Of a stretch of 64,000 nucleotides of DNA, positions 10,370 to 19,078 are shown piece after piece; position 1 is the stretch's first letter, and each line of letters begins with the position of its first letter. The notes under the pieces are model-generated. The model was given only the letters and a program-made list of their open reading frames with translations. It was not told where the DNA came from and did no database searches. Both the position numbers and the translations under genes were made by a program. This stretch comes from Candidatus Fermentibacterota bacterium (GTDB taxonomy: Bacteria > JAFGKV01), in NCBI GenBank assembly GCA_016928395.1, contig JAFGKV010000238.1:11708-75707 (forward strand), given 5' to 3'.

Positions 10370-11975
10370 GTGGGGCATGCGCCTTGTCATGTCGTTGGGA
10401 TTCGTTCTTGGACTCATGATTGTCCGTGCCATTGTCCACGGCGGGTTTCGGGTTCAGAAGGGGAGGAATCTCTCCGCCTTGGTGGTGTTTACTGCGGGTG
10501 TGCGGGTGATGCTGGGCACCCTCTCTCATGTTGATCTTCTCGGTCCGTTCCACCCATTGACCGGAGCGGAGACCGTCCGTGCCGTCAATGGCGTTCTTGC
10601 ACTCTGGGTGCTCATCCTCGTCATCCAATTCCTCGAGCCATTCCTTTTCGCCTGGATGGTTCCCGCGTCTCGCCGCAAGAGCTTCCCCACCATCCTGCGC
10701 GACATGGTTCGTGTGTTTCTGATGATCATCGTGGTCATGTCGGTACTCAAGACGGGGTTCGGCGTTGGGCTCGGGCATCTTCTTACCACCAGCGCCATCC
10801 TCTCGGCGGTCATCGGTCTTGCACTCCAGAGTACCCTGAACAATATCCTGGCTGGCATCACCATCTTTGTGGAGAAGCCTTTCGAGGTCGGCGATTGGAT
10901 AGGTTTAGGGGACAGAGAGGGCATGGTTGATCAAATGAGCTGGCGGGCTACCCGGATCTGGACCCGCGATAATGACTATGTAGTTGTCCCCAACAGTGTC
11001 CTGGCTGAGGGCCAACTGGTGAACTACACCAAGCCGGCCCAGCTTCACCGGGAACACTTCCCTATCGGCGTGAGCTACTCCGCCCCGCCCAACAAGGTGA
11101 AGAAGGTATTGCTGGAAATTGCCCGCGATGCATCGCGTCATGGGATCATGCCTGACCCTCCCCCTGAGGTGCTCCTAAGATCCTACGATGATTTCTCGAT
11201 CGAGTATGACCTCCGGTTCTGGATCGAAGACTTCCGGAGGCGTGATGTCATTCAAGACGCAGTCCGCTCTAGGGTATGGTACTACTTCCGGAGACACGGT
11301 ATCGAGATTCCGTTTCCCATCCGGGATGTTGTTCTGCGGCCTTTGTCGCGCAAGGACTCGGAAGATCGAGGCCGCCGTCAGCGCACGGAGATACTCGATG
11401 CGCTTCGTCACGTATCAATCCTGCAACCCCTGGCGGATGAGGATCTTGAGCGTCTCGTGCCCGAAGTACTGCTCCAGAGCTACGCCTCGGGTGAAAACCT
11501 GGTCGTCCAGGACGATTCAGGTGACTGCTTCTACATCATCCTTAAAGGCCGTGCCGGGGTGTTCGTTCTCAATGACCGAGGCATTGAGATTGAAGTCGCC
11601 ACCCTCAGTCGGCACGACCACTTTGGCGAGATGAGCCTGCTGACCGGTGAGGCACGTAATGCGACGGTCAGGGCCGCGGAGGATTGCATTGTCGCCGTGG
11701 TCAGTCGGGATGCGTTCAAGCACGTCATCGAATCCAATACCGCCATCCTTGAGGCGTTGACGGAGATCGTACACGCCAGGCTGGAGACCAATCGGCAGCG
11801 CCTGGCGGCCTCAGGCAAGGCGGGCGACGAGCTTCCTCCCGAGCGGGATAAGGGATGGGTTCGATCGACCATGGAGAACCTGCTGGGCGTCGGTCTGCTG
11901 CGTGGCTTGACTCGGAAGGGCTCTGGAGGTAACGTCGAACCGAAAGGTTCACGCTCTAGAGGAGGAGATGGCTAG
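10362..11975 (+). CDS. MscS-family mechanosensitive channel with C-terminal cyclic-nucleotide-binding domain
   Basis: GLALQSTL..PFEVGDWI..GIEIPFP (MscS); QDDSGDCFYII..FGEMSLLTGEARNATV (cNMP domain). Confidence 0.93.
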   Translation: MPEWGMRLVMSLGFVLGLMIVRAIVHGGFRVQKGRNLSALVVFTAGVRVMLGTLSHVDLLGPFHPLTGAETVRAVNGVLALWVLILVIQFLEPFLFAWMVPASRRKSFPTILRDMVRVFLMIIVVMSVLKTGFGVGLGHLLTTSAILSAVIGLALQSTLNNILAGITIFVEKPFEVGDWIGLGDREGMVDQMSWRATRIWTRDNDYVVVPNSVLAEGQLVNYTKPAQLHREHFPIGVSYSAPPNKVKKVLLEIARDASRHGIMPDPPPEVLLRSYDDFSIEYDLRFWIEDFRRRDVIQDAVRSRVWYYFRRHGIEIPFPIRDVVLRPLSRKDSEDRGRRQRTEILDALRHVSILQPLADEDLERLVPEVLLQSYASGENLVVQDDSGDCFYIILKGRAGVFVLNDRGIEIEVATLSRHDHFGEMSLLTGEARNATVRAAEDCIVAVVSRDAFKHVIESNTAILEALTEIVHARLETNRQRLAASGKAGDELPPERDKGWVRSTMENLLGVGLLRGLTRKGSGGNVEPKGSRSRGGDG

Positions 11976-12845
11976 GTGAAGGCTCTTCTTGCCGTCGTAC
12001 TTGTGATGCTCAACCATATTCAGGCAGTTTCGTGGCCGGCTGCCACTTCTGTTCTATTCGCCGGTGACGGGGCTAGTTGTGAGCTGAGGATCTCTGCCAG
12101 CACGTCACCCCGTCCGTTGTGGGAGGGGCGAATTCTGGCAAAGGACTCGCGAGTGAGGGTCATCAATCGCCGCGCAGCGGGCACCATACCGCCCGGTCCT
12201 GAGGAATTGCTCTGGACCGGGAAGGGCATCGTCAGGTTCATGGGCGGTCGTCCCGGCGAGTTCTCGCCCGGCCCGGCTCTCACTCTGGCCGAGGTCTACT
12301 TGCTTGCCGATTTCTTGGTCCCGCTGTGGACACCGTTGTCAACCGAGGATGAGCATAGGCTTCCGCTCGAAAGCGGGTTGGGGCGCGGCTACCTCACCGT
12401 CTTGCAGGATGGCAGACCCGAGTCATTGGTGGTCAACCCATTATCCCGGCCTCTGTGGGATGGCAGCAGCGCGCTGTGCATCACGTTCGAGCACAAAGGT
12501 GAGAGCGCTCCATGGCACGTGGCTAGGCTTACGGGATCTGGCGGAACGTCGCTCATCCTGGAGAGGCTCAGGTTCCGCCGGGACAAGCTTTCTGACGACG
12601 TGTTTGCCGTGGAGAATGAAGGAGGTCTCAGGCTGGCCGACCTTTCCAAGCCGCTGGGCGCGCTTGTCGGTTCGGATGCTGGGGGTTATGCCGAGACGGC
12701 GGGGTCCTCTGCGGCATTCAAGTCATCGAAGACGGTCAGCAGCGGAGGAAAGGGGTCTCTCTACCTGGGTCCAGTGCCGACGCCCGATGAGGTCGATAGA
12801 TTCCTCCACGAGGGGAAATTGGGGAGGTACGCCGATGAGGAGTAG
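11976..12845 (+). CDS. Hypothetical exported protein
   Basis: GGAGG RBS, N-terminal signal peptide, abuts both neighbours; C-terminus PDEVDRFLHEGKLG. Confidence 0.7.
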   Translation: MKALLAVVLVMLNHIQAVSWPAATSVLFAGDGASCELRISASTSPRPLWEGRILAKDSRVRVINRRAAGTIPPGPEELLWTGKGIVRFMGGRPGEFSPGPALTLAEVYLLADFLVPLWTPLSTEDEHRLPLESGLGRGYLTVLQDGRPESLVVNPLSRPLWDGSSALCITFEHKGESAPWHVARLTGSGGTSLILERLRFRRDKLSDDVFAVENEGGLRLADLSKPLGALVGSDAGGYAETAGSSAAFKSSKTVSSGGKGSLYLGPVPTPDEVDRFLHEGKLGRYADEE

Positions 12846-13674
12846 AACCCTGATGAGACTGGTCTGGGCGGTGGCCGTAGTGTTGGTGGTGGCCTCCAGT
12901 GCCTTGGCCCTACCGAGGATCGACATCGGCAAGGTCAAGAAGGCACGGGACACGCTGAAGGAAGTGAAACGGCTTCTCCCGATTTCGACGGAGGAGGAGA
13001 TCGCTATCGGGAAACGTGTGGCGGCCAGGCTGCAGGAGACTTACGGGGTGTACAAGAATCGAGAGGTCGAGCAGTATGTGGCGCTGGTAGGGACCGCAGT
13101 CTCGTGGCGAAGCACCCGGCGTGACGTCGAGTATATCTTCTCGATTCTCGACACCGAAGAGGTCAATGCCTACGCCGCGCCCGGAGGTTTCATCCTCATC
13201 AGCAGAGGCTTGCTAAGCCGCATGCAGAGCGAGGCCGAACTGGCCACGATTCTCGGGCATGAAATCTGGCACGTAGAAGCCCGCCATGAGATGAAGAGGG
13301 TGCAGCAGGCACAGATTGCCGGCACCCTCGTCTCGAAAGCTTTGTCAGCCATGACGGGGGAAGAGATAGATCAGGTGGCGGATCTCTGCTTGGAGGTATT
13401 GCAGAAGGGGAGGTCCAAGGAGGTGGAACTGGAGACGGATGTGCAAGGAGCGCGGCTTGCGTCGGAGGTCGGGTACGCACCGCGCGCGCTCCTCGTCCTC
13501 TTGTCACGCTTGGGGGGAGCATCGTCTGAGAGCGCACTCAAGCAACTTATGTCTACTCACCCGAAGACAACGGAACGTATCGGTGTGTTGCAGAAGAAGT
13601 ACGGCAGCGACCTAAGTGGGTCGCTGGTGGAGAACCGGTTCATGGTGCAGATTCAACCCCTGCACAAGTCCTAG
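12835..13674 (+). CDS. M48 family metallopeptidase (exported)
   Basis: Signal peptide; EEEIAIG, NAYAAPGG, LGHEIWH zinc motif, STHP..ER. Confidence 0.9.
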   Translation: MRSRTLMRLVWAVAVVLVVASSALALPRIDIGKVKKARDTLKEVKRLLPISTEEEIAIGKRVAARLQETYGVYKNREVEQYVALVGTAVSWRSTRRDVEYIFSILDTEEVNAYAAPGGFILISRGLLSRMQSEAELATILGHEIWHVEARHEMKRVQQAQIAGTLVSKALSAMTGEEIDQVADLCLEVLQKGRSKEVELETDVQGARLASEVGYAPRALLVLLSRLGGASSESALKQLMSTHPKTTERIGVLQKKYGSDLSGSLVENRFMVQIQPLHKS

Positions 13675-13706
13675 TCAGTCCACATGAGAGGAGGAAATCT
13701 CTGACC

Positions 13707-13958
13707 ATGCGCAAGAAGATCGCTGGAGTGCTGCTGACCCTCTTGGGTATCGTGGCGGCCATTGGGTGGTCATTTTCGGAAACAGCTCACTTCGAGTCGG
13801 CAGACACTGCGCTCGGCGGTGACCTCGTGGACAAGGGACGCATACTGTGGCAGCCGGAGAGCGGATTTGTCCTGCACGCCGTCTTGTCACAGTTCGTTGC
13901 CATAGCTTTGGGTGTGATGGGGATTGTCCTGGTCGCCCGACGCTCTCTTGCGGACTAG
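13707..13958 (+). CDS. Small two-TM membrane protein
   Basis: GAGGAGG RBS; two hydrophobic helices. Confidence 0.65.
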   Translation: MRKKIAGVLLTLLGIVAAIGWSFSETAHFESADTALGGDLVDKGRILWQPESGFVLHAVLSQFVAIALGVMGIVLVARRSLAD

Positions 13959-13973
13959 GTGAGGAGGAGAATC

Positions 13974-14150
13974 ATGGCAGGTGCCATACTTGGATGGGTC
14001 CTCATTGCACTGGCGGCAGCGATCCCCGGGCTGGCCGCGTTTCTCTTCGGGTGGGACAGGATCGCACTCTCCAAGCAGTACATGTGGCTCGGAATCGCTG
14101 CGGTCCTGCTGTGGTCCGGCCTCAACTCCCTCCGCCGTCGCATGGAATAG
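13974..14150 (+). CDS. Small two-TM membrane protein
   Basis: GAGGAGG RBS before ATG 13974; two hydrophobic helices. Confidence 0.6.
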   Translation: MAGAILGWVLIALAAAIPGLAAFLFGWDRIALSKQYMWLGIAAVLLWSGLNSLRRRME

Positions 14151-14165
14151 CTCAGGTGCATCGCA

Positions 14166-14585
14166 GTGACGCAGGCTCGTGAGGCTGAAGCTGTACTCTC
14201 GGAGGAAGAGATCGCTGAACTCCGTGCCCGCGTTCGCAAGGAATTGGAGGCGGAGGAGGAAGAACGAATCAAGGCCTTGCAGCGGCAACGGGAGTCCCAC
14301 GCATCTCGCACCGCCCGTGTTCGTGAGATAGAACAAGAGGAAGAGGAGCGCTTCTACCAGGAGCGGGGCTATCGGCGTTTCGTGGATCGTTCCGGGAACG
14401 TGCGCTGGCTCAGCCCCGAGCAGGCGTCCCGGTGGGAGGAGGAACGTGCCCTGCACCAACGCCGCCGTCGCGCCATCAGCTATCGGCTGGCGAGCCGGAA
14501 GACGAGACGGCTCATCGTGATTGCCGTTGCTGGAGTCACGCTGGCACTATTCGCTGTGTTTCTCGCCGTGCTCAGGCGGGGTTGA
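14166..14585 (+). CDS. Coiled-coil protein with C-terminal membrane anchor (paralog of 46472..46984)
   Basis: E/R-rich helix, ERFYQERGYRRFVDRSGNVRWLSP motif, C-terminal TM. Confidence 0.75.
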   Translation: MTQAREAEAVLSEEEIAELRARVRKELEAEEEERIKALQRQRESHASRTARVREIEQEEEERFYQERGYRRFVDRSGNVRWLSPEQASRWEEERALHQRRRRAISYRLASRKTRRLIVIAVAGVTLALFAVFLAVLRRG

Positions 14586-14596
14586 AAGGGGATTCG

Positions 14597-15190
14597 ATGG
14601 TGAGAGTCGCTCTCATGGTGCTGCTTGTTCCTTCTCTGGCCATGGCGGGCTTTCTAGAGGCCCGCAACGCGATCGGCATTAATCTCCAGACCTACAGTGG
14701 CCCTCAGCAGGCGTTCTACCGAGACCTGGGCGCGCAGCTCGTCTATGACGGTTATCCTGAATTTGGCTACGGCATAACCGTCAGGAGCTTCGGAACTGAC
14801 CGCGTCGGCGCGGAACTGGTGTTCAACTATGCTGGCAAGTCGGGTTCCATCGATGGGTTGGGTCTCTCCACCATTCAGATCTGTCTCGGTCCCGTCTTCT
14901 CCATTCCGATTCTGGGTCAGAGCGAGTATGCAGTGCCTTTCGGATGCGCAGGGGTAGCGGTGGTACGATCCTCGGTCGACATCGACAGCCAGCTAGATAT
15001 GGGCCTTTACCTCAAACTCGGTCTTCAGGGCATCATCATGGATCATTTCGGCGTTGCCGGTATGATCGCGTACACCCGAGTCAGCGTGAAGTACCATGCC
15101 GACAAGGGGCTTGGGGGTGCCGGGTACATAGAGAAGAACTACCCGTTCGGCGACGGCACCTTCATACTCGAGCTCAGCTATTTTCCCTGA
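14597..15190 (+). CDS. Small outer-membrane beta-barrel protein
   Basis: Signal peptide (SLAMA), alternating amphipathic strands, terminal LELSYFP. Confidence 0.7.
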   Translation: MVRVALMVLLVPSLAMAGFLEARNAIGINLQTYSGPQQAFYRDLGAQLVYDGYPEFGYGITVRSFGTDRVGAELVFNYAGKSGSIDGLGLSTIQICLGPVFSIPILGQSEYAVPFGCAGVAVVRSSVDIDSQLDMGLYLKLGLQGIIMDHFGVAGMIAYTRVSVKYHADKGLGGAGYIEKNYPFGDGTFILELSYFP

Positions 15191-15501
15191 TTGATCCTCG
15201 AGGGGTCACCGAGCTACGACACAACGCGGCACTCCGGAGGCGTCTCGCTTCATTGGTTGGGGATACTCGCCCCCTCGTCGTGGGTGGACCCTGCGCCACG
15301 CATGGCGCCGATCCCTGTGCCGTCAGTCTATTTCCACGTTCGATAGGTCGGTTGTACCGCTACCTTTTTCACCATCTGCTGTATGCCTCAAGTATGGCTT
15401 CAGTGACCGTGTAATCCTCAAGGCCATCGGCCACCCGCCGGACTCGCCGGGTCCTTTTCGCAAAGGCGTATCCGGCCCGCTCGATGTGGCGGCACAAGGG
15501 A

Positions 15502-15533
15502 CGGGGTGCTGCCGCGTTCGCGGCAGCACCCCG
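15502..15533. terminator. Perfect inverted repeat, probable terminator of the minus-strand unit
   Basis: CGGGGTGCTGCCGCG-TT-CGCGGCAGCACCCCG, about 20 nt past the stop at 15553, between convergent genes; no clear U tract. Confidence 0.7.
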
Positions 15534-15552
15534 GATGAGCCCTGCGGATCGT

Positions 15553-18500
15553 CTACCGAAGAAGGACGATCAGATTACTTGCACTCTGCCCGCAGGCAAC
15601 GAGCTGACAGTGATATGTGCCATTGGGAAGTGTCGTTCCATTTTGGTCAACGCCGTGCCAGCGAACTCCGTGTTCTCCCGCATCAAGCACTCCCAAGTCC
15701 ATCCGTGACAGCACGCGGCCGGTCAAATCGCGCACAAGCAACGTTGATCGCGAGGATCGAGGCACCGAGAAGGTAATGGCAACCTCTCCGGCTGCGGGGT
15801 TGGGCACAGGAGGGTGAAGCAGCAGTCGCGAGGGGTTCTCGGCGGGTGCTGCATGAACCCCAGTGCCGAACATGCCGGTATCCCGGTGATCCACCGGTAT
15901 CAGGAATCCCGTGGTATCCCACGCCGCCGCAGCGGCGAAAGAGAGTGTAGTGGCGTAGGCGGTGTCGGCGTCTTGTTCGAGCGAGAACAGGATATTGCAG
16001 ATTGCCCCTGTTCCCACGACCAGCGATGTTGCATTCCGTCGCAGCGTCACGACCACCGAGCAGGCTGCCGCTACTGTCTCATCCACATGATAGCTGAGGA
16101 CAAAGTCCTCGGCCCTACCTGCCAGCTCCACTCCTCCCTCCACAGGCACATGGGCGCCGTGCTCGGCGGAGTAGACCAGCGTGAAGCACAGGGAGTCAAG
16201 GCTGACGGGGTTGTATGTCTCGTTGTCCAACTCGATATCCACGGGATTGCCGGTCGAGCCCGGAGCGCCGGACCCGACGCCCACACAGAGGCGTACCGGG
16301 AGCTGGGCAACGAAGGTCTGGCCAGCAAGGTCACTCATCAGATTGGCGATGGTGATCTCTTGGGGAAAGAAGCCCCAGGACACGCTGTCATCGTATGCCA
16401 GAGATGGCGTGATCTGATAGGCGAGGCCTCCCGGAACTGCTTCAAAGGAATAGGTCCCGACTGAGCTGGTGAAGGTGGAATCGGACCAGCCGCCGCTGAG
16501 GTGGACCGCAACGCCGGGCAGAGCCTCGCCATCTCTGCCGGCTATCGACCCCGTGATGGCATAGCGGGGGCGCACCCCAGTGAAGTCCCGATTGGTCTGT
16601 GGGGCGGTAAGGGGGTCAAACTGGTACGAGGGAGGCGTGAATGTCCACGCCCCTTCGGGAGGATCGTAGGAGGGTGTGACAGTGTAGGTTCTGCCGCCGG
16701 CAAGCGAAGAGAAGGAATACGACCCGTTGGCCGACGTGGTCGTCGTGTCCACGGCTTCCCCGGCGAGTACCACGCGAACACCCTCCATCGACGCATTCGT
16801 TTCGTCTCGCACCGTGCCCGAGATCGTGTAGAAGGGCGGCGTGCCGACAAAGTCTTCGGCCCAGTGGTTGCTGTTCAGCAACTGAACGGTTCTGTTCTGT
16901 GGCTCGAAGGACCACGTGCCTTCTTGAGGAGTGTACGTCGGGGTGATCGTGTAGGTTTCGGCGCCCAGAAGGTTGCTGAACTGGAAGGAGCCTTGGGCAT
17001 TGGTGGTCGTTTGCGCCTGCTGGAAACCGGACAGATTGACCGTGACCCCTTCCATCGGCACGCTCGCATAGCTCGTGATGGTACCACCGATGGTGTAGCG
17101 GGGGATACTGCCCGTGAAGTCCTGTCCCCATTGATCGGCTTGAAGGTTGCTGTAGGTGCGATTCTGGGGGGAGAACGGCCAGGCACCAGCGATGTCCGAA
17201 TAGGTGGGGGTGACGGTGTAGTTCCCTCCCGCGGCCAGATCAGAGAACGCATAGGTTCCGTCTCCTCCAGTCGTCACCTGGCCTGTCGACGACCCGGTGA
17301 GAGACACCACGGCGCCTGATAGAGGCGCGCCAGACTCGGTACGCACTGTTCCGCCGATGGTATAGGCTGCCGCGATGGTCATCTGCCCCTGATAGGGGAA
17401 GAATCCCGGGTGCGTTACGGTCACCTCGATGGCGTCTTGCGTCGAGGGGGTGATCTGGAAGTAGGCGGTGCCGGAACCGTCGGCGTACCCGGCCTCATAG
17501 ACCCCCGCGCCCCGCAGGCAGACCAGTGAACCCGAGACTCCCGTGGACACCGCCACGTTGGAGGTTCCCGTAGGAACCGTGGAGGGATGGCTCACATTCA
17601 TTGTAGAGGGTTCTCTCGTCCACAGGGCCAGCTCCGGGTCTCCCAGGAGATTGTACTGACGCACCGTAACGGTCACCGTATCACTGGGCGGATAGTTGTA
17701 GGTCAGGTAGTACAGGCCCGCGTCGGTGATGGGGCCTATCCTGGTCAAGCCTTGATATGCCAGACCATCATAGATCCCCAAATCCAGGGTGTTGTTTGCA
17801 TAGGTATGGGTGATGTGCGTGGCGCCGAAGAAGGCGATGGCACCACCCGCGGCGCGCATGAAGCTCTCGCCCAAACATTCGCCATACGCACCACCGGTAT
17901 GGGTGAAATCCCCGGTGAGGCAAATGATACTGGTAACCAGGGGTCGCCTGGGGCCGTTCTGCATGAAGTAGCAGTAATCCTGGGTCCAGCCGATTTCGGC
18001 CAAGCGCTCCCTATCGGCGACTCCCCCGCGGTAGTTCAGGATGTTGCGTCCGTCATTGAGCTTCTGGAGAAGCTGCACGGCGGTGCCGCTGGGGGCAAAC
18101 ACCGAATCCACCTCATCGTACCCGAAGTTGAGAAGCCAATCCCGTACTATGCGTTTCGTGCCAGGGTGCGTCGGGTGCTCGGCGCCTGACGATACCGTGC
18201 CGCGTTCCATCCACGGGCCGTCACCTTCCCCCGATTCGTACGAGAGGATCTTGTCGATCATGACCGCCAAGTCAGCGGTCCCCGCGGCAGGAAGCCTTCC
18301 CACGAAAACGTCAGGAAGCTCATCGTTCCCAACGAATGTGCCATAGTAGCGGTCAGATTTGAGGTACCCACCAACAATGGGATTGTAGTAGTCATGGGTC
18401 GGCAACGCGGGATGATCGCCCACCAGGAGCACATATTCCAAGGTTCCCGAAGTATTGTAGATGTCCCGGATGTACTGCCGTATGGCAGAATCCGTGGAGC

Positions 18501-19068
18501 CGGTCTGACTCAAGGTCGCCATCTGCGGCGCCAAGCCCTTGCGTTCCTTCCAGTCGAACAGGGCGCCGATGGAACCGGCCAGTTCGTCGGTGCAGACGAA
18601 GAGATAGCGGATGCCTGGACTGCGGCTCTCCAGCTGGATCTGATCCCAGTTAAGCACATAGGGGCGGATCAGCTCGGCGAATGACTGCGGCAGGTATCCC
18701 CGGAACGGTGGCATACCCTGATGAACGCCATCCAGCCGGAGGTCAATGCGAAGATCGATGACACCGTCAGGAACGTCTGTCGGTACATTGGCAATCAACG
18801 GCACCACCCGAAGCTCGCGGATCATGGCGGGTTCACCGGTCTCGACAATGGTCGTGCCCATGCCCGTGCGCATGGAGGTCGCGACGCTGTGGATCTCGAT
18901 TCCTCCGGGCGCGGCGACGAAACCCAGAGGGATTCGCTGGCCAGGGTGTGCGGTGAGAGATGCCTCCAGCGTCACTGAGTGTGTGGCTGTTGCCACCACG
19001 TTTATGGTATGGGCCTCCGACGCGGCGCCCATTCCCAGAACCCCCACAAGTACGAGAAGAAGAAGCAT
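15553..19068 (-). CDS. C25 (gingipain-like) protein with four Ig-like repeats and C-terminal FlgD/T9SS-like domain
   Basis: Signal peptide; WKERKG, YVLLVGD, VGRLP, YNLLGDP; four ~89-aa YTIxGT..DFxG repeats; tail PVPNP..WHGVDQNG..NGTY; AGGAG RBS. Confidence 0.9.
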   Translation of the reverse strand: MLLLLVLVGVLGMGAASEAHTINVVATATHSVTLEASLTAHPGQRIPLGFVAAPGGIEIHSVATSMRTGMGTTIVETGEPAMIRELRVVPLIANVPTDVPDGVIDLRIDLRLDGVHQGMPPFRGYLPQSFAELIRPYVLNWDQIQLESRSPGIRYLFVCTDELAGSIGALFDWKERKGLAPQMATLSQTGSTDSAIRQYIRDIYNTSGTLEYVLLVGDHPALPTHDYYNPIVGGYLKSDRYYGTFVGNDELPDVFVGRLPAAGTADLAVMIDKILSYESGEGDGPWMERGTVSSGAEHPTHPGTKRIVRDWLLNFGYDEVDSVFAPSGTAVQLLQKLNDGRNILNYRGGVADRERLAEIGWTQDYCYFMQNGPRRPLVTSIICLTGDFTHTGGAYGECLGESFMRAAGGAIAFFGATHITHTYANNTLDLGIYDGLAYQGLTRIGPITDAGLYYLTYNYPPSDTVTVTVRQYNLLGDPELALWTREPSTMNVSHPSTVPTGTSNVAVSTGVSGSLVCLRGAGVYEAGYADGSGTAYFQITPSTQDAIEVTVTHPGFFPYQGQMTIAAAYTIGGTVRTESGAPLSGAVVSLTGSSTGQVTTGGDGTYAFSDLAAGGNYTVTPTYSDIAGAWPFSPQNRTYSNLQADQWGQDFTGSIPRYTIGGTITSYASVPMEGVTVNLSGFQQAQTTTNAQGSFQFSNLLGAETYTITPTYTPQEGTWSFEPQNRTVQLLNSNHWAEDFVGTPPFYTISGTVRDETNASMEGVRVVLAGEAVDTTTTSANGSYSFSSLAGGRTYTVTPSYDPPEGAWTFTPPSYQFDPLTAPQTNRDFTGVRPRYAITGSIAGRDGEALPGVAVHLSGGWSDSTFTSSVGTYSFEAVPGGLAYQITPSLAYDDSVSWGFFPQEITIANLMSDLAGQTFVAQLPVRLCVGVGSGAPGSTGNPVDIELDNETYNPVSLDSLCFTLVYSAEHGAHVPVEGGVELAGRAEDFVLSYHVDETVAAACSVVVTLRRNATSLVVGTGAICNILFSLEQDADTAYATTLSFAAAAAWDTTGFLIPVDHRDTGMFGTGVHAAPAENPSRLLLHPPVPNPAAGEVAITFSVPRSSRSTLLVRDLTGRVLSRMDLGVLDAGEHGVRWHGVDQNGTTLPNGTYHCQLVACGQSASNLIVLLR
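16304..17367 (-). repeat. Four tandem ~89-aa carboxypeptidase-regulatory/Ig-like repeats inside the C25 gene
   Basis: Units begin YTIGGTV, YTIGGTI, YTISGTV, YAITGSI; each has G.Y/F.F..L..G..Y..TP and W.F.P. Confidence 0.85.
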
Positions 19069-19078
19069 TGCTACACTC

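Noticed and set aside
15191-15500. 310-nt gap between convergent genes considered as ncRNA or small gene
   Set aside because: No recognisable RNA motif; the short frames lack a convincing RBS, start or family motif
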